A DNA stretch of 61,597 nt, filler included, from Vannella sp. (lineage: Eukaryota), in NCBI GenBank assembly GCA_023345925.1. It is 6 parts of 6 records of this genome, joined end to end, with 100 filler letters (N's around TTAATTAATTAA, not from the genome) between each part and the next. Parts side by side here need not be neighbours in the genome. Positions count along the whole stretch, not along the records: positions 31,734 to 51,627 come from JAJQQN010000610.1; positions 51,728 to 57,531 come from JAJQQN010000373.1; positions 57,632 to 61,597 come from JAJQQN010001181.1; 3 more parts are not named here. One strand, 5' to 3'. The notes beneath the pieces are model-generated. The model did not search any database, was not told where the DNA came from, and saw nothing but the letters and a program-made list of their open reading frames with translations. Shown here one piece after another: positions 46,845-58,604 of this stretch (positions within the stretch are counted from its first letter, which is position 1; each line of letters opens with the position of its first letter). A program made the translations under genes and the position numbers.

Positions 46845-49800
46845 ATGGCTGATCTTGCAGGCCAGTTCCTGGAGTTGTTGGACCAAAGGGGAGCGGCTTC
46901 GCAGGCGGATGCGAGTGCGGGGCGAGAGTTGGTGGAAGCGTCTTCTTTGGAAGAGTTGGAGGAGATGCTCTCCCATTTGCGTAACTTGGCGGACCACTCT
47001 TTCACGAGGGTACTCGATTTTGTGCTTCGAAACGTTGCCGTAACAGAAGAAGGAGCTAAGCTGCTTCACCAGCTCTTTGCTCAGCTCCTCGGTTGGATCA
47101 TGGAGGAGAAGGTGTCGGTCGAGGTTGCAACTTCGGTTCATCAGATCCTCACTGGAAAGGTAGGCACAGGCTATCGATGAAGGACCCTCTAATCCGAAGA
47201 AAAGCTTCATCTTCTGAGCCCAGATATGAAGGCTGATTTAGTGAAGATGCTAGTGGAATCTCTTGAAGCAGGGAAAGACAGTAATGGGATCGTCTGGGAG
47301 TTCTTTCCAAAGCTTTTGAGTGTGGCAGCAGCAGAAGAATCCCTTTTAGGGTTTGGTAAGGGAGTGGTATCTTTTAAGATCGGTTTTAATCTGGAGCAGC
47401 CGAGCAGTGTTCAGGGAAGGACTTTAGAGATACAGTTATTGCGCGCTTGATATCAACCAGGTGGCCTCCTCGCTGCTCTGTTCACATGGTCGTTGCAATG
47501 AGAGAGGCGAAGCTGACTTCTCAAGAGATTGCCCAAGTGATTCCCCACATCCACCGACAGCTTAGGCGCATTCCGCTTCAGGACAATCCCGTTCTCATTC
47601 GTAATCTCTTGATGTTAGCAGATGAAGAATATGGCCCACTCGCTCTGGAGGGAATCGTGGCCCACTTTAGTGTTATGGATGACAAGGTAAAGCGCCAGAA
47701 GGCTGCTGCCAATGAAGCAGGCAACGAAGGGCCAATCTCTATCCAACACTTCGATGCCACAGTTTCTGAACAGTCGATCCGAGGCGTTGAAAACGATTGC
47801 TTGTGGGCCATTAACTTTGCTTCAAAAAAGAAGCACGGCTTAGTGACAGCCTATCTGAAGGCCATTCGGAGTAAGCAGCCCAAACTCAGCTGTTTCTTTA
47901 TTGCTACCCTTCTCTGCATGGCACTAGAGCAGCCGGCAGCCCTTGAATACTTGCGTTCTGACATCACAAGTAGCTTTGCTGACAGAGTCTATCAAGATTC
48001 TTCAGTTTGGCTGAAGAGTTTGTACAGTGAAAAGGATCCAAATCGGACGAGCAAGCGTTATTTCTTTTCATTCGTGGACATTGTGTCACATGGATTTGTG
48101 GTTGTATTCCCTGTATTGACAGATTTGGCCTTCTCTTTAATGGACAAGCCTCTGACCAAGTCACTTGCTCAATTAGGAACGCTTTCAAAGGAGTTGAGGA
48201 GAGTCAGTCCTGCAGCGCTTGGATCTCGCATCCTGAAAAAGTGTTTTGAGAGCTCGACAAGCGTTCAACAACTCATCTTTTATCGGCTGCTTGACCATGC
48301 ACTTGATAGGAGTGCCATTGCAGGGGACTATCATCTTGAACTGCTGGAAAAGATCATTAAAGGATCTCCACACGAAGTGGCTGACAAGTACTATCCTCGA
48401 ATTCGAGACACTGTTGACTTTCTTCCTCACATCTCCCCAGCTGTCGCCCGAAAAGTCCTGGATTCTCTCCATCCTTTGTACAACTACCATACGAATCTCC
48501 GAGATAACGTGATATTGGTTCTTCGTAAGGCTCTATTTAATGTAGAGCTCGACGCACGCTCTATTGGTGTATACGGATTTCTGTCTCTGTTGCAATATGT
48601 AAGTTCCCGAGATAGTGAACAGTTGCAGCAAGAAATCGTTGGCTCTCTTCGCAGGTGCTTTACTCAACATGTGAGGATCAAGGTAGAGTTGTATGATGGA
48701 CTGGCGAATCATTTTAAGGAGAATCACTCTCTACAAGTCACGATCGCCAACCTCTTGTCGAAGCAGTTTTCCAAGTATTTCAATCCTGCTTCTTCAGCAC
48801 CGATCTTGGTTTCTTCCTGTTTCAAGCGGAATAATCCCGAGGCTGAGATAGTGGAGCCATTAGAGATCCTCCTTTCGGCTCTGCAGCGGATTACAATAGT
48901 GGCAAACCGCAGCGCGGACCCAATAGTAGAACTCACTGCACTAATGGAGCAACTAAGCCAGTCATTGCAAAACCTCTCATTGGAAGAATACGAATTGACC
49001 AAGACGGCTACCCTCGATTTGGCCACCCCTCAAGGAGAGAAGGTTTTCGTTTCCGCAATCATTCTGACAAAGATCTTTGATGTACGTTGAAAGAGCTATT
49101 ATGTGAAACTGACTTTTACGTTAGGTGGTTATCGAGTATCACCTTTTAGAGGACGAGTTGGCCGGTGCATCAAGCTCAGTGAAAACCCTTCTCACAAAGC
49201 GGGAAGAACTGTTGAGTGTTCATGCTCACTTGAAGGCCACTATGAGTAAGGCGAAGATAACTTGCAAACACAAGCTGGAAAGCCACAGCTATCACATCAG
49301 CCACATCCGAGATATCATCTCTACAATTTGCGGGCGATTGCCAGAGGCTGCTCCTGAAGAGATCATTGTTAACTCACAACAAGTCGTTGCCAAACCAGAT
49401 GAGTCTGAGATTGAGCTGTACGTTCGGTTCTTGCAGTCTGCCGTACCTACCTTTACTTCCTTCAACGAGAAGCTGAAAGAAGGAATCCTGGCAGAAGAAG
49501 ATCAGTTGAGGATCGCAGAGGCTGCAATCACACAATCGGCAATTATCTTCCAAACCAGCTTTCAAACAAAGTGGGACGCCTTGAATGTAAATTCACTGAA
49601 GGTGATGGAGTCAGCAATGGCTGCTGTTGTACCTCAAGAATCCGCTTCCAAAGTGGCCGCTTTTTTGCGAGTGTCAAATCCAGAACTAGCGGATTTGAAT
49701 GTGGCAGGTTGTATTGAAGCACAGCTGGTTAACTTTCAGGGAATCACTGAGTATGTGAAGAAAAGAAGCTCGATTCTTCAATTGATGGCCAACATCATTT

Positions 49801-50729
49801 GCACACTTGGCTCCCTCTTGGAACCCGCACAAGTGGAGACGCACACGAAATGGGTAGAAGACAAATTTCTTTGTTCTGAAGAGGACTTTCCGGTGCCAGT
49901 CATCGATTCATTCTTAGAATTCTACTTGCAAATCAATCAAGCCAGCCTCTCTGTCCATCTTCGGATTGCAAAAGAGTTTCGGTTCATCATGGGGGAGTGC
50001 GATAATCAAATGGACCCTGCTATCGCTTCTTCATCTTATTCTTTCGACTCAAAAGCAGCTCCAAAGCTTCTATCAACGTTTTTCCAGGTCCTCAACAATC
50101 TGGCACAGGAATTAGAGTGTGCGGTTGAGATAGTAAAAGCTCCAAGGTACTCGAATTCAAGCGCCAAGGAAGATTCCATAGCTTCTCGGATGTCTCGAGT
50201 GGCCACTATTCTGTTGCATTTGACTTCTTCGTTCTTGTCTACCACACCACATATCAATGCAAATTTCCGCCTGTTGACCAGGTTCTATAAGGTCTTCAAA
50301 GGGTTCCTCCAGTATCTTTCCAAGAACAGAAAGGATCCAAGCGATAAGGTTCTTGCTTTTGTGGAAAGCGTGGGGCAGCTCTCGGCTACAGTGGACTCTT
50401 TTTTGGACTACACCCAAGAACGAGAAACAAAATCTTCCTCAAAAGCCGAAGGATTACTTACCAAGAAACTAATTTGCGAGGTGGAAGGGTTCCAAGCGTG
50501 CGCCGTCAAGTTGGGAAATCAGACGAAGAAGAATCTGATGGAATACTTCAAGCGATCTGCCGCGCGCGCTTTCCGTATTGATGGAGACATTGTCAACGGA
50601 CTCAATCTCAAGAAGAGAAAAAAGCGTCCACAAGTGGAAGAGGAAATAGAGGACGAAGAAGAAGCTTGCGAGGAGCCTCCTGCCAAGAGAGTGAATAGCA
50701 GTGGCATTGAAGAATCTGATGAAGAGTAG
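46845..50729 (+). CDS. FANCI: Fanconi anemia group I protein
   Basis: LRDNVILVLRKALF..DARSIGVYGFL, EIVGSLRRC, LYDGL, NLMEYFKRSAARAFRI; three introns. Confidence 0.85.
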
Positions 50730-50847
50730 TTCATCGTTGCTTCCTCTTGCATGAGATCATTCCGAGGAGTCCACTGAGCTCAAGTAGAATGAAAAGCACC
50801 TTTAAAGTCTTGGAAGATCCCTTCTGGAAGAAAGTGAGAGAAAAAAA

Positions 50848-51205
50848 TGTATTGAGATGAAAGAGAGGAGTGACAAGTCGACACAGTTAACGTAGAGGAG
50901 TGACAAGTCGACACAGTTACGTCGTGAACAACCAAGAAAGCGATCTTGTGGACGTACTGACAAGGTGCGGGTACTCTGATGGTTCCCGCCCAGTTGAAGT
51001 AAAGGTGCCCCAGCTTGAATGTGAGGATTTGCATGCGGGAAGGAGGCAAATTCACCTCGTCGAGAATGACGTGATAATGGGTGGGTCCATTGATCCCTTG
51101 GGTAACGCTCTGATTCACCAAAAAGAAATCGTGCTTTTCTGGATCAGTGCATCCACTGTCTACAATCCCCCTCCTTGTATTTATACGTGACAGAACGACT
51201 GAGGG
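50848..51205 (-). pseudogene. Decayed partial duplicate of the Piwi 3' end
   Basis: VVLSRINTR-(deletion)-[53 protein letters not shown]; the normal C-terminus is replaced by a 30-bp tandem repeat. Confidence 0.8.
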
Positions 51206-51492
51206 GCCCTGAAGGAGTAACCAGAGCCGTCTCGGTCATAGAAGGCCCGCTTACTCTTGGTTGCGCCTTTCGACTACGAGTCTTCACGTTGAGAGATGGC
51301 ATGTTGCGAATGAATGATTCCTTCGCTGAGAAGCTCTTCATCTCCTCTCAAGAAGTCCACCAATGAGCAACTCTTCCATATTTGGATATCGTCTGCTACA
51401 GTTATCACATAATAATCAAAGCAAACCTAGAGAACTAATAGAGTGTATTGAGATGGAAGAGAAAGAAAGAGAGGAAGCCCAAGCCGGCAAAC

Positions 51493-51627
51493 TTACAAAA
51501 AGTGCAAACGGTTGTTGAGTTTGGCGTTGGGTTCAGCGTGCACCGCTTGGCTCATCAAGAAAGCGATTTTGTGTGCATACTGGCAGGGAGCGGGGACTCG
51601 GATAGTGCCAGACCAATTAAAGTAGAG
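51493..51627 (-). CDS. Piwi-clade Argonaute, C-terminal fragment cut by the linker
   Basis: [44 protein letters not shown]. Confidence 0.9.
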   Translation of the reverse strand, partial: LYFNWSGTIRVPAPCQYAHKIAFLMSQAVHAEPNAKLNNRLHFL

Positions 51628-51727
51628 NNNNNNNNNNNNNNNNNNNNNNNNNNNNNNNNNNNNNNNNNNNNTTAATTAATTAANNNNNNNNNNNNNNNNN
51701 NNNNNNNNNNNNNNNNNNNNNNNNNNN

Positions 51728-52676
51728 TGATCATTTTGTCATGAACCTGGAAGAGCAAGGAGTGCTCAAGCGCAAGTATGAGGGGACGGTCTTGGCGAAT
51801 GCTGCGCTGGTGGATCAAGTGACCAAGTATCGGACGCAGATCATTCGACTTATGGCTGAGAAGAGGTGAGAGGGGGAGGGAGTGAAAACGGGAGGGAGTT
51901 CTCACCCGAGACAGGTTTCTTGTAGAAAAGCTGGCCACGATAGAATATGACGATGAGTTCGAAGTCTCTGACGATGATGGGAGTGATGAAGAGCCTGCCG
52001 CAAAAAGGCAGCGGCTTGCAGCTGCTTTCGCTCCGATTCCCTCTCGAAGACGTTCAAAGGGTATTCATGACCCCCCACTGACGAACCACCCCTTACAAGA
52101 CTCTTTTAGCTGATGGACCTTCTCAGATGTGCGCCGCACACCGTCGTGATGGGTCTCAGTGCAAGAGCAAGGCCATCGCTGGCTCACAGTTCTGCTGGGT
52201 GAGGTCCCTCTCCATACCCTCGCTGAGGAGCCTCTGTGTGTAACTCTTTCGCATAGCACCATGCCCCACTTGATCCAAACCAGAAGATAGAGATCTGCGA
52301 GTACCGCAACCGGAGGAAGAACTTAAAACGATGTAACATCCCCATCTCCAAAGAGTCTGCGCAGATCAACGTGCTTCTGTGCAACTACCACCGTCGGAAG
52401 ATGCAAGAACAGGCTCTGGGTGAGTATTCCGCGCTTTCACTTCATTCTGTTGACCATCATGATCGGGAAGACGACCAAACAAAGGGTCTTGTTGGCACCG
52501 AGGCTCAACAGTACATGTCTGGCGGAAAAGGACCAGATACTAAGCGCCCTGCCCTCGCTATTCTGGGTTCTCTCCAGTCCAACGAACGATTAGAGGATGT
52601 GGGTCAGCTCGCTCACGAGGAAGACGATGAATCAGAAGGAGGCGAGGACTCGTCAGAGAGTGGTTCGGAGGATTGA
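51728..52676 (+). CDS. Partial gene with C3HC3H-type zinc module (INO80D/KANSL2-like)
   Basis: Spliced CAAHRRDGSQCKSKAIAGSQFCW-HH..ICEY..RCNIP..LCNYH, acidic tail. Confidence 0.5.
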
Positions 52677-53350
52677 TTGAATAAAGCTTCATTAAGATGA
52701 GATTACCAGGTGATTGATCGGATGTGGAGCACAGGGCAATCGCAGATTCTGGAGGAAGGTCAGAATGAGGTCTCTCGAAAGAGGGAAGAACTGTGGTCAG
52801 ATGGTGGTGCATGCGATTGTTCTCGATCATGTAGATCAGACGATTATAATGGTATATAACAAATCATCACACACAAGTTCTTCCCTCGTCGGGGGTGGTT
52901 CCTTACGTAAAGGTTGGGGCGAAGTGTCGCCATCTCGCAAGCGAGGGATTGGGTGACTGGATCAGCGAGATCTAACGTTAATTAGTTCAGCTCGTAACAA
53001 ACAGAAAGAAGAAGGAGAATCAGAACCAGGAATTCCACTTCTCACATTCTCAGCATGAATAATAAGAGAATACGAAATCATCATGCTTCTTCCTTCTCCT
53101 CTGGATCAAACTTACCCTTCACACAAGAAGACTTGAGATCAGTTCAGCTTTGTCAGTCCATGTTGCGGGGTGACTGGGAAGGGAAAAATGATGACCAAAA
53201 TTTCCGGAAGTTCAGAAATCGTGTATTGGACGAATGGAGAATTCCGATTGTTTCTCTGAATCGATCTGATAGGTCCGATTGCCTCATTTTTCTCTTGGGC
53301 ACTTGTTGAATGTCGTTGTAGTAAGTGATCTACAAGCTATTGCTACCAGT

Positions 53351-54898
53351 ATGAACTCAGGCGCGGGCTTTGATAGCTCTGAAGAGAACCGAGTGTACGA
53401 GAATGTCCTCGGCGCAATTGGGAACACGCCTGTTGTCCGTCTGGGCAAGATCGAAAGAACGCTCAAGTGCGAGTTATGTGAGTGCATGGATGGTTGTGTA
53501 TCGACCGAGTCCTCATTCGTTCGTTTGTTAGGGGCAAAGTGCGAGTACTTTAACGCTGGAGGCTCCATTAAGGATCGCATTGGCAAGCGGATGGTTTTGG
53601 AGGGTCAAAAGGATGGCCGATGGAAGTCCGGAGACACTTTGATCGAACCTACATCAGGCAACACTGGCATTGGGCTTTGCTTAACCGCCGCTGTCCTCGA
53701 TTACAAAGCCCTCATTTGCATGCCCAAGAAGATGAGTAATGAGAAGGTAAGTTCGCACCTGTTCCATCAAGCATGCGCACTCATGACTCCCAGATTGCTG
53801 TGATGAGAGCCTTAGGCGCAGACATCATCCGCACGCCCACCGAGGCCGCTTTTGATGACTACGACTCCCACATCAGCGTGAGCCATCGCAAGAATGCAGA
53901 GATCTCTGATTCGCACATTCCTGATCAGGTAGGGAACTCGGTGCTGGTGGTGGAAGAGGCTACTCACGTTTGTGCTCTAGTACGCCAACGTCAACAACCC
54001 TCTGGCCCACTACGAAGGCACAGCGGAGGAGCTCTATCGCCAGTTCGATGGAAAGATCGATATGGTGGTCATCAGCGCGGGAACAGGAGGAACCATTACA
54101 GGAATCGCCCGCAAGCTGAAGGAGAAGATTCCCGGCATTATTGTCGCCGGAGTGGACCCGCACGGCTCTATCTTGGCTGGACCTGACGAGGTCAAGTCCT
54201 ATCAAGTGGAAGGAATCGGTTATGACTTCATTCCAAAGGTATTCGACGCTGGTGTCGTCGACCGTTGGTACAAGTCATCCGACACGGAGTCTTTCGTCAA
54301 CGCCCGCCGCCTGATTCGTGAAGAAGGTATCCTTTGTGGAGGTTCTTGTGGAAGTGTACTCGCTGGAGCACTCGAAATGGCCAAGGACCTGAAGGAGGGA
54401 CAACGTTGCGTTCTGGTCTTGGCCGATTCGATCCGTAACTACCTTACCAAGTTCGCGGATGACCGTTGGATGTACGACTTTGGACACTACGAGGCCCCTG
54501 TGTCCACTGTGGTACCTGACAAGACGGTGGGAGAACTCGTTGTGGAGGTTCCCACTATCAGCAGCAGCGCCACTTGCCAAGACGCCGTGGCCTTGTTCAA
54601 GCAACACGACAAGCTGGATTACCTCCCCATTGTTGGAGAGGGCAACGCCCTCGAGGGTCTTGTGAGCACACAGAGCTTGTCGACGTTCTTGTTCTCAGGC
54701 GGCGCACTCTCCAGTGGCATCAAGGATGCAGAGATCCCAGTCTATCGCCAAGTACCAAGTGACACAAAGCTGAACATCCTCCGCTTCAGCTTGGAGATCA
54801 ACCAAGGAGTTGTCGTTGTCGCTGACCCCAACGAAGCGGGCAAGCGCATCTGCAAGGGCATTGTCACCTCCAACGACCTCTTCCGCGCCGCCTTCTAA
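53351..54898 (+). CDS. CBS: Cystathionine beta-synthase (no N-terminal heme region; C-terminal CBS domains)
   Basis: [64 protein letters not shown]. Confidence 0.93.
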
Positions 54899-55104
54899 GG
54901 CCAACATTAAACTCCTTCCTCCTCCCTCCTCCAGTGACGAGTTGACAGCAAGCGCGTGTCGAGTGCCGATTGGTTCCATCAGGAGCTTCCATTCGCAAGA
55001 ACGGGTCTCAAAAGGTCCAAGAGGATGAAAGGGGTTCTCAAGAACCATCACCAAGACTGCCAAGAGGAGGACGTTGAAGCTCTCCCCGTGCCATTCCGTG
55101 GGAC

Positions 55105-56854
55105 ATGGCTTCGTGGGGGGCAGCTGGGCGGATTTGGAGGCGGATGCACAACAGCTATGCGAGCAAGTTGGTGGGAACAGCGTCGGGACTGCTCATTGTG
55201 CTGGTGACAGGAAGCATCTTCTTCGGGTGGGGATCCATCTCCGCCATTATGTTGTCAGAAGGGACCTACGAGGAGGAATGCAGCAAGGAGGGTCTACCTT
55301 CTCCATGTACGCGTCAAGAGGAACGTATTCATCTGATTTACGCTGTGGGAACGGTCTCCTACGCGGTGGTGTCGTTGCCCGTTGGCATCTTCCTCGACAA
55401 GTTCGGGCGTGCCATCACTCTCCTTTGTGGGCTACTGATTGTGTCTTTGGGTTCCTTCTTGTTCTCCCAAAACATGGCGTTTGGTGCGCATTGCATCCTT
55501 CTGGGCGTGTTTCTCACACTTCAAGACAGAGATTCGCGGGTTCCTTGTCGATAGTCTCCTAGCCGGCTCTCTGTGTGTGTTTTGTGGAGGATTGGTTCTG
55601 TTTGTCTCTGTTTGCAAGTTTGCAGAGGTGCTGCCCTCTCAGCGGGTACCATTTAGGGGACATTCTTCGACTGTCTAACCTCTTTGTTGGTCAGGGATTG
55701 ATCGTGACGTTATCCAATTGCACTTCTTGTGTGAGCTCCATCATCCCTTTACTATTCCTTGTAAGTATCCACTCAAAGGAGGGCGCTACTGGCCTATTGA
55801 CGACAGAATCTTCCTTCTAGTCAGTCCATCAAGGCTTTGGGACGTCGAGAGAGACGATTTTCGAAGTCTATGGAGCATTCATACTCTCTTTCTGCTTACT
55901 ATTTCCTCTCTGGACTCAGTTTGAAGTCGAAAAGAAGGGAGAATCCAGTCAGTATGATGTCTTGATGGAAGATATCTATGAGGAGCAGATCCCTATCATA
56001 GGAACATCTTCCTCAAAAAGCCCAAACGAATTGAAGGAGGCTCAGAATACCAAAACGCGTTCTGGGTGCGAGAGAATCCGTGATTCGGTGCAGGCTAATC
56101 CTTCTTTCTTTTCTCAAGTCTTCTCTTTGAACTTTCTCCTCCTTTTTGTATACTTGGGATTTAGTGCATTCTGCTGCAACTTCTACATGGGGACTGTTGT
56201 GTCTCAATTGTACTCTATCACGACAGACGAGACTGAGAGTAAGCTCTTTTGACGATTTTCCTGAATACTGGTGTTGATGGGATGTAGTCGAGTGGTATAT
56301 CTTTGTCTATTCCATCATTCTACCAGTTGGAGGTGTTCTGAGTTTCCCAATCGGATTCTTCCTCGATCGGGTACGCTCAGAAAAGGGAGGACATTCCTCC
56401 CTTCCTCTTTCTGTGGTACTTACCAAAGAGGAAAGTTTGGCTTTTTGACAGCCTTGTTCTTTTCCAGTGGACTTGGAATTGCCTACTTGAGTCTCAGTAC
56501 CATCCCCAGCATGCCAGTCCAGATTGGGACTTTTGTTTTCATCTCCCTTTACAAGCCCGTGATGTACAGTACCGCCTATTTCTACATCTCTTACGTGCAA
56601 GTACTCCTCTTAGTGATAAGGCAGTGGGTCTGACAAGGAGCAGATTCTCTCCGGAGTACTTTGGGAAAATGAATGGACTTGTCTCTTGCGCCATCGCGGC
56701 GGTGAACTTCTGCCAATATGGCGTTCTTGTCTTGGTCTTAGGGCCGTTGAACGGAAACTTCTTGATCGCTAATCTGGTCCTGCTGGGCGGGTCGTGCGTT
56801 GGATTGATTTTCCCGCTTTATCTGTCCTTTCAAGCCCGGCGACTGCCTCGATAA
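55105..56854 (+). CDS. MFS transporter, SLC43/LAT3/FMP42-like
   Basis: GSIFFGW..EGTYEEEC..C..QEERI..PVGIFLDKFG; multiple TM exons; F..EYFGKMNG. Confidence 0.75.
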
Positions 56855-56889
56855 ATGGTTAAAGTGTCTTGTATGGATCTATGGAAGTA

Positions 56890-57531
56890 CTAGAAAGGCT
56901 GCGAGCGCTCAAGGAAGAAATTGACGTATTCTGGTTTGATGAGAAGGCGGGGAATCTTCACTTGCATTCTTCCGGTTCCATTGGCAATCAGAACCTCCTT
57001 GAATTGAAGGAAGGTGCCCGGTGCAACCACATGAAGCTCAACAGAACCCAGCTTCTCCTGTTCGCGGCACTGGTCGTAGAACTTGGTCACATTCCGCAGT
57101 TCATCGTCTACCAACTTGCCAAGGGCCGAGTTATCCACCTTGTCGAGATCGCTGATCTCCACAAACATCTGATAGATCACTGGGGAAGTATCCAGCTGAA
57201 GGAAAGTAGTGAAATCTGCCAACTTCCCATTCTTCCCTTCAATAACCCGGCGTAAGGCAGTCTCGACATGAGACTCTGTTGTTTTCTCGCCATAAGCATC
57301 TAAGAGGCTCCCAGTTCGATACAAGATCTTAAACAAAGGAATGGGCGGGCCAGAAACTGTCGGCAACGCATTGACAACTTCAATGACATCACCAAGGCGG
57401 TACCGATAGAACCCACTTTCAGTGGTAATCACCATTTCGTAGCGGCATCCGACTTCCAAGTCATTCAAGAGAACTGTTCGAGGTGATTCCGCTTTGATTT
57501 CGGCCTCTGGAATGAACTCGTAGAAGGTGAC
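56890..57531 (-). CDS. GH3 acyl-adenylate family (GHDC-like) protein, 3' part
   Basis: FYEFIP, YEMVITTESGFYRYRLGDV, GEKTTE, QVKIPR. Confidence 0.88.
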   Translation of the reverse strand, partial: VTFYEFIPEAEIKAESPRTVLLNDLEVGCRYEMVITTESGFYRYRLGDVIEVVNALPTVSGPPIPLFKILYRTGSLLDAYGEKTTESHVETALRRVIEGKNGKLADFTTFLQLDTSPVIYQMFVEISDLDKVDNSALGKLVDDELRNVTKFYDQCREQEKLGSVELHVVAPGTFLQFKEVLIANGTGRMQVKIPRLLIKPEYVNFFLERSQPF

Positions 57532-58604
57532 NNNNNNNNNNNNNNNNNNNNNNNNNNNNNNNNNNNNNNNNNNNNTTAATTAATTAANNNNNNNNNNNNN
57601 NNNNNNNNNNNNNNNNNNNNNNNNNNNNNNNGGGGCCACACAAGAGGTGGAGAGGGAGAACGTCATCCATCCATTGATCGAGTCCGCTCTCACTGAGATC
57701 AGTGAGTTTGCGCCTCTGCAAACTGAACGGATCTCCTGCCCTGGACACATGCTTCACCCGAATGAGGGAAATACCCTCGCCGCTCGTGACTTTCCTCAAG
57801 GAGAATTACGATACCGAAACAAAGTTGATCTTCATTCTAAGCATAGAAGGATTTTGGGCCTTTCCTGCAGATTCTGGTGGATTTAGCTTGAGTCGACTTG
57901 CGTTTTGGATATTCTGTTGGGTTGGTTTGGGTTGGTTTGGGGTCTACCAAGAATCAGCAGCATTGGAGACAGCACCAAGAGCCCATCGAACGTGCCTCTT
58001 CACCCCAGCCATCCTGGAAGTGAGTCTTTCATTACTCAATGAGTGACGGTTTAGCAGCATTGCTTGCAGTCAGGAGGTCCAAAATCACAGATTTGATGAG
58101 GCTGATATGAATGAGGATGTGGCTGGTGATCAGATAGCAGTGGCTTGGCAGGACAAAGCCAGTAGGTTCATGGATGCTGGAGCTGGTTTGCATTCGGAAT
58201 TTCGCTTCAAGCTCTTCTTGAGTGTCAACCTTCACTGAGACTTGGAATGAAGGGAGCTTCCAGGGTCATTAGGAACAGGACAGATGCTATGTACCCTTGA
58301 GGTATTCTTGAACGAAGGAGATAACCTGTGAAAAACACAAAAATGAGCGCGTTAGACAAGGCTGATGACTTCCGGGCTTGTTGCAAACAAGACATGACGA
58401 ATGTGCACTGTGTTCTCCTACAGCTACTAAATCAAGTAGATCCAGCAGCTCGGCAACAGACGCGTTCTTCAAAGGGCAAGCCGAAAAGTGGTCATTTTTG
58501 GCAGCCATTGATACAATTTCAATGATTGCGTGCAGAAAGTATTTGCAACGAGGAATGAATTAATTAGGGACCAAAAAGGCACTTTTTGTCTCGACCGGGT
58601 CGTG

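Noticed and set aside
50864..50922. CRISPR-like repeats
   Set aside because: Two abutting copies, no spacers, no cas genes, eukaryotic context
57632..58525. Short ORFs upstream of the nuclease-kinase gene as an immunity or partner gene
   Set aside because: No coherent spliced frame or recognisable domain could be built
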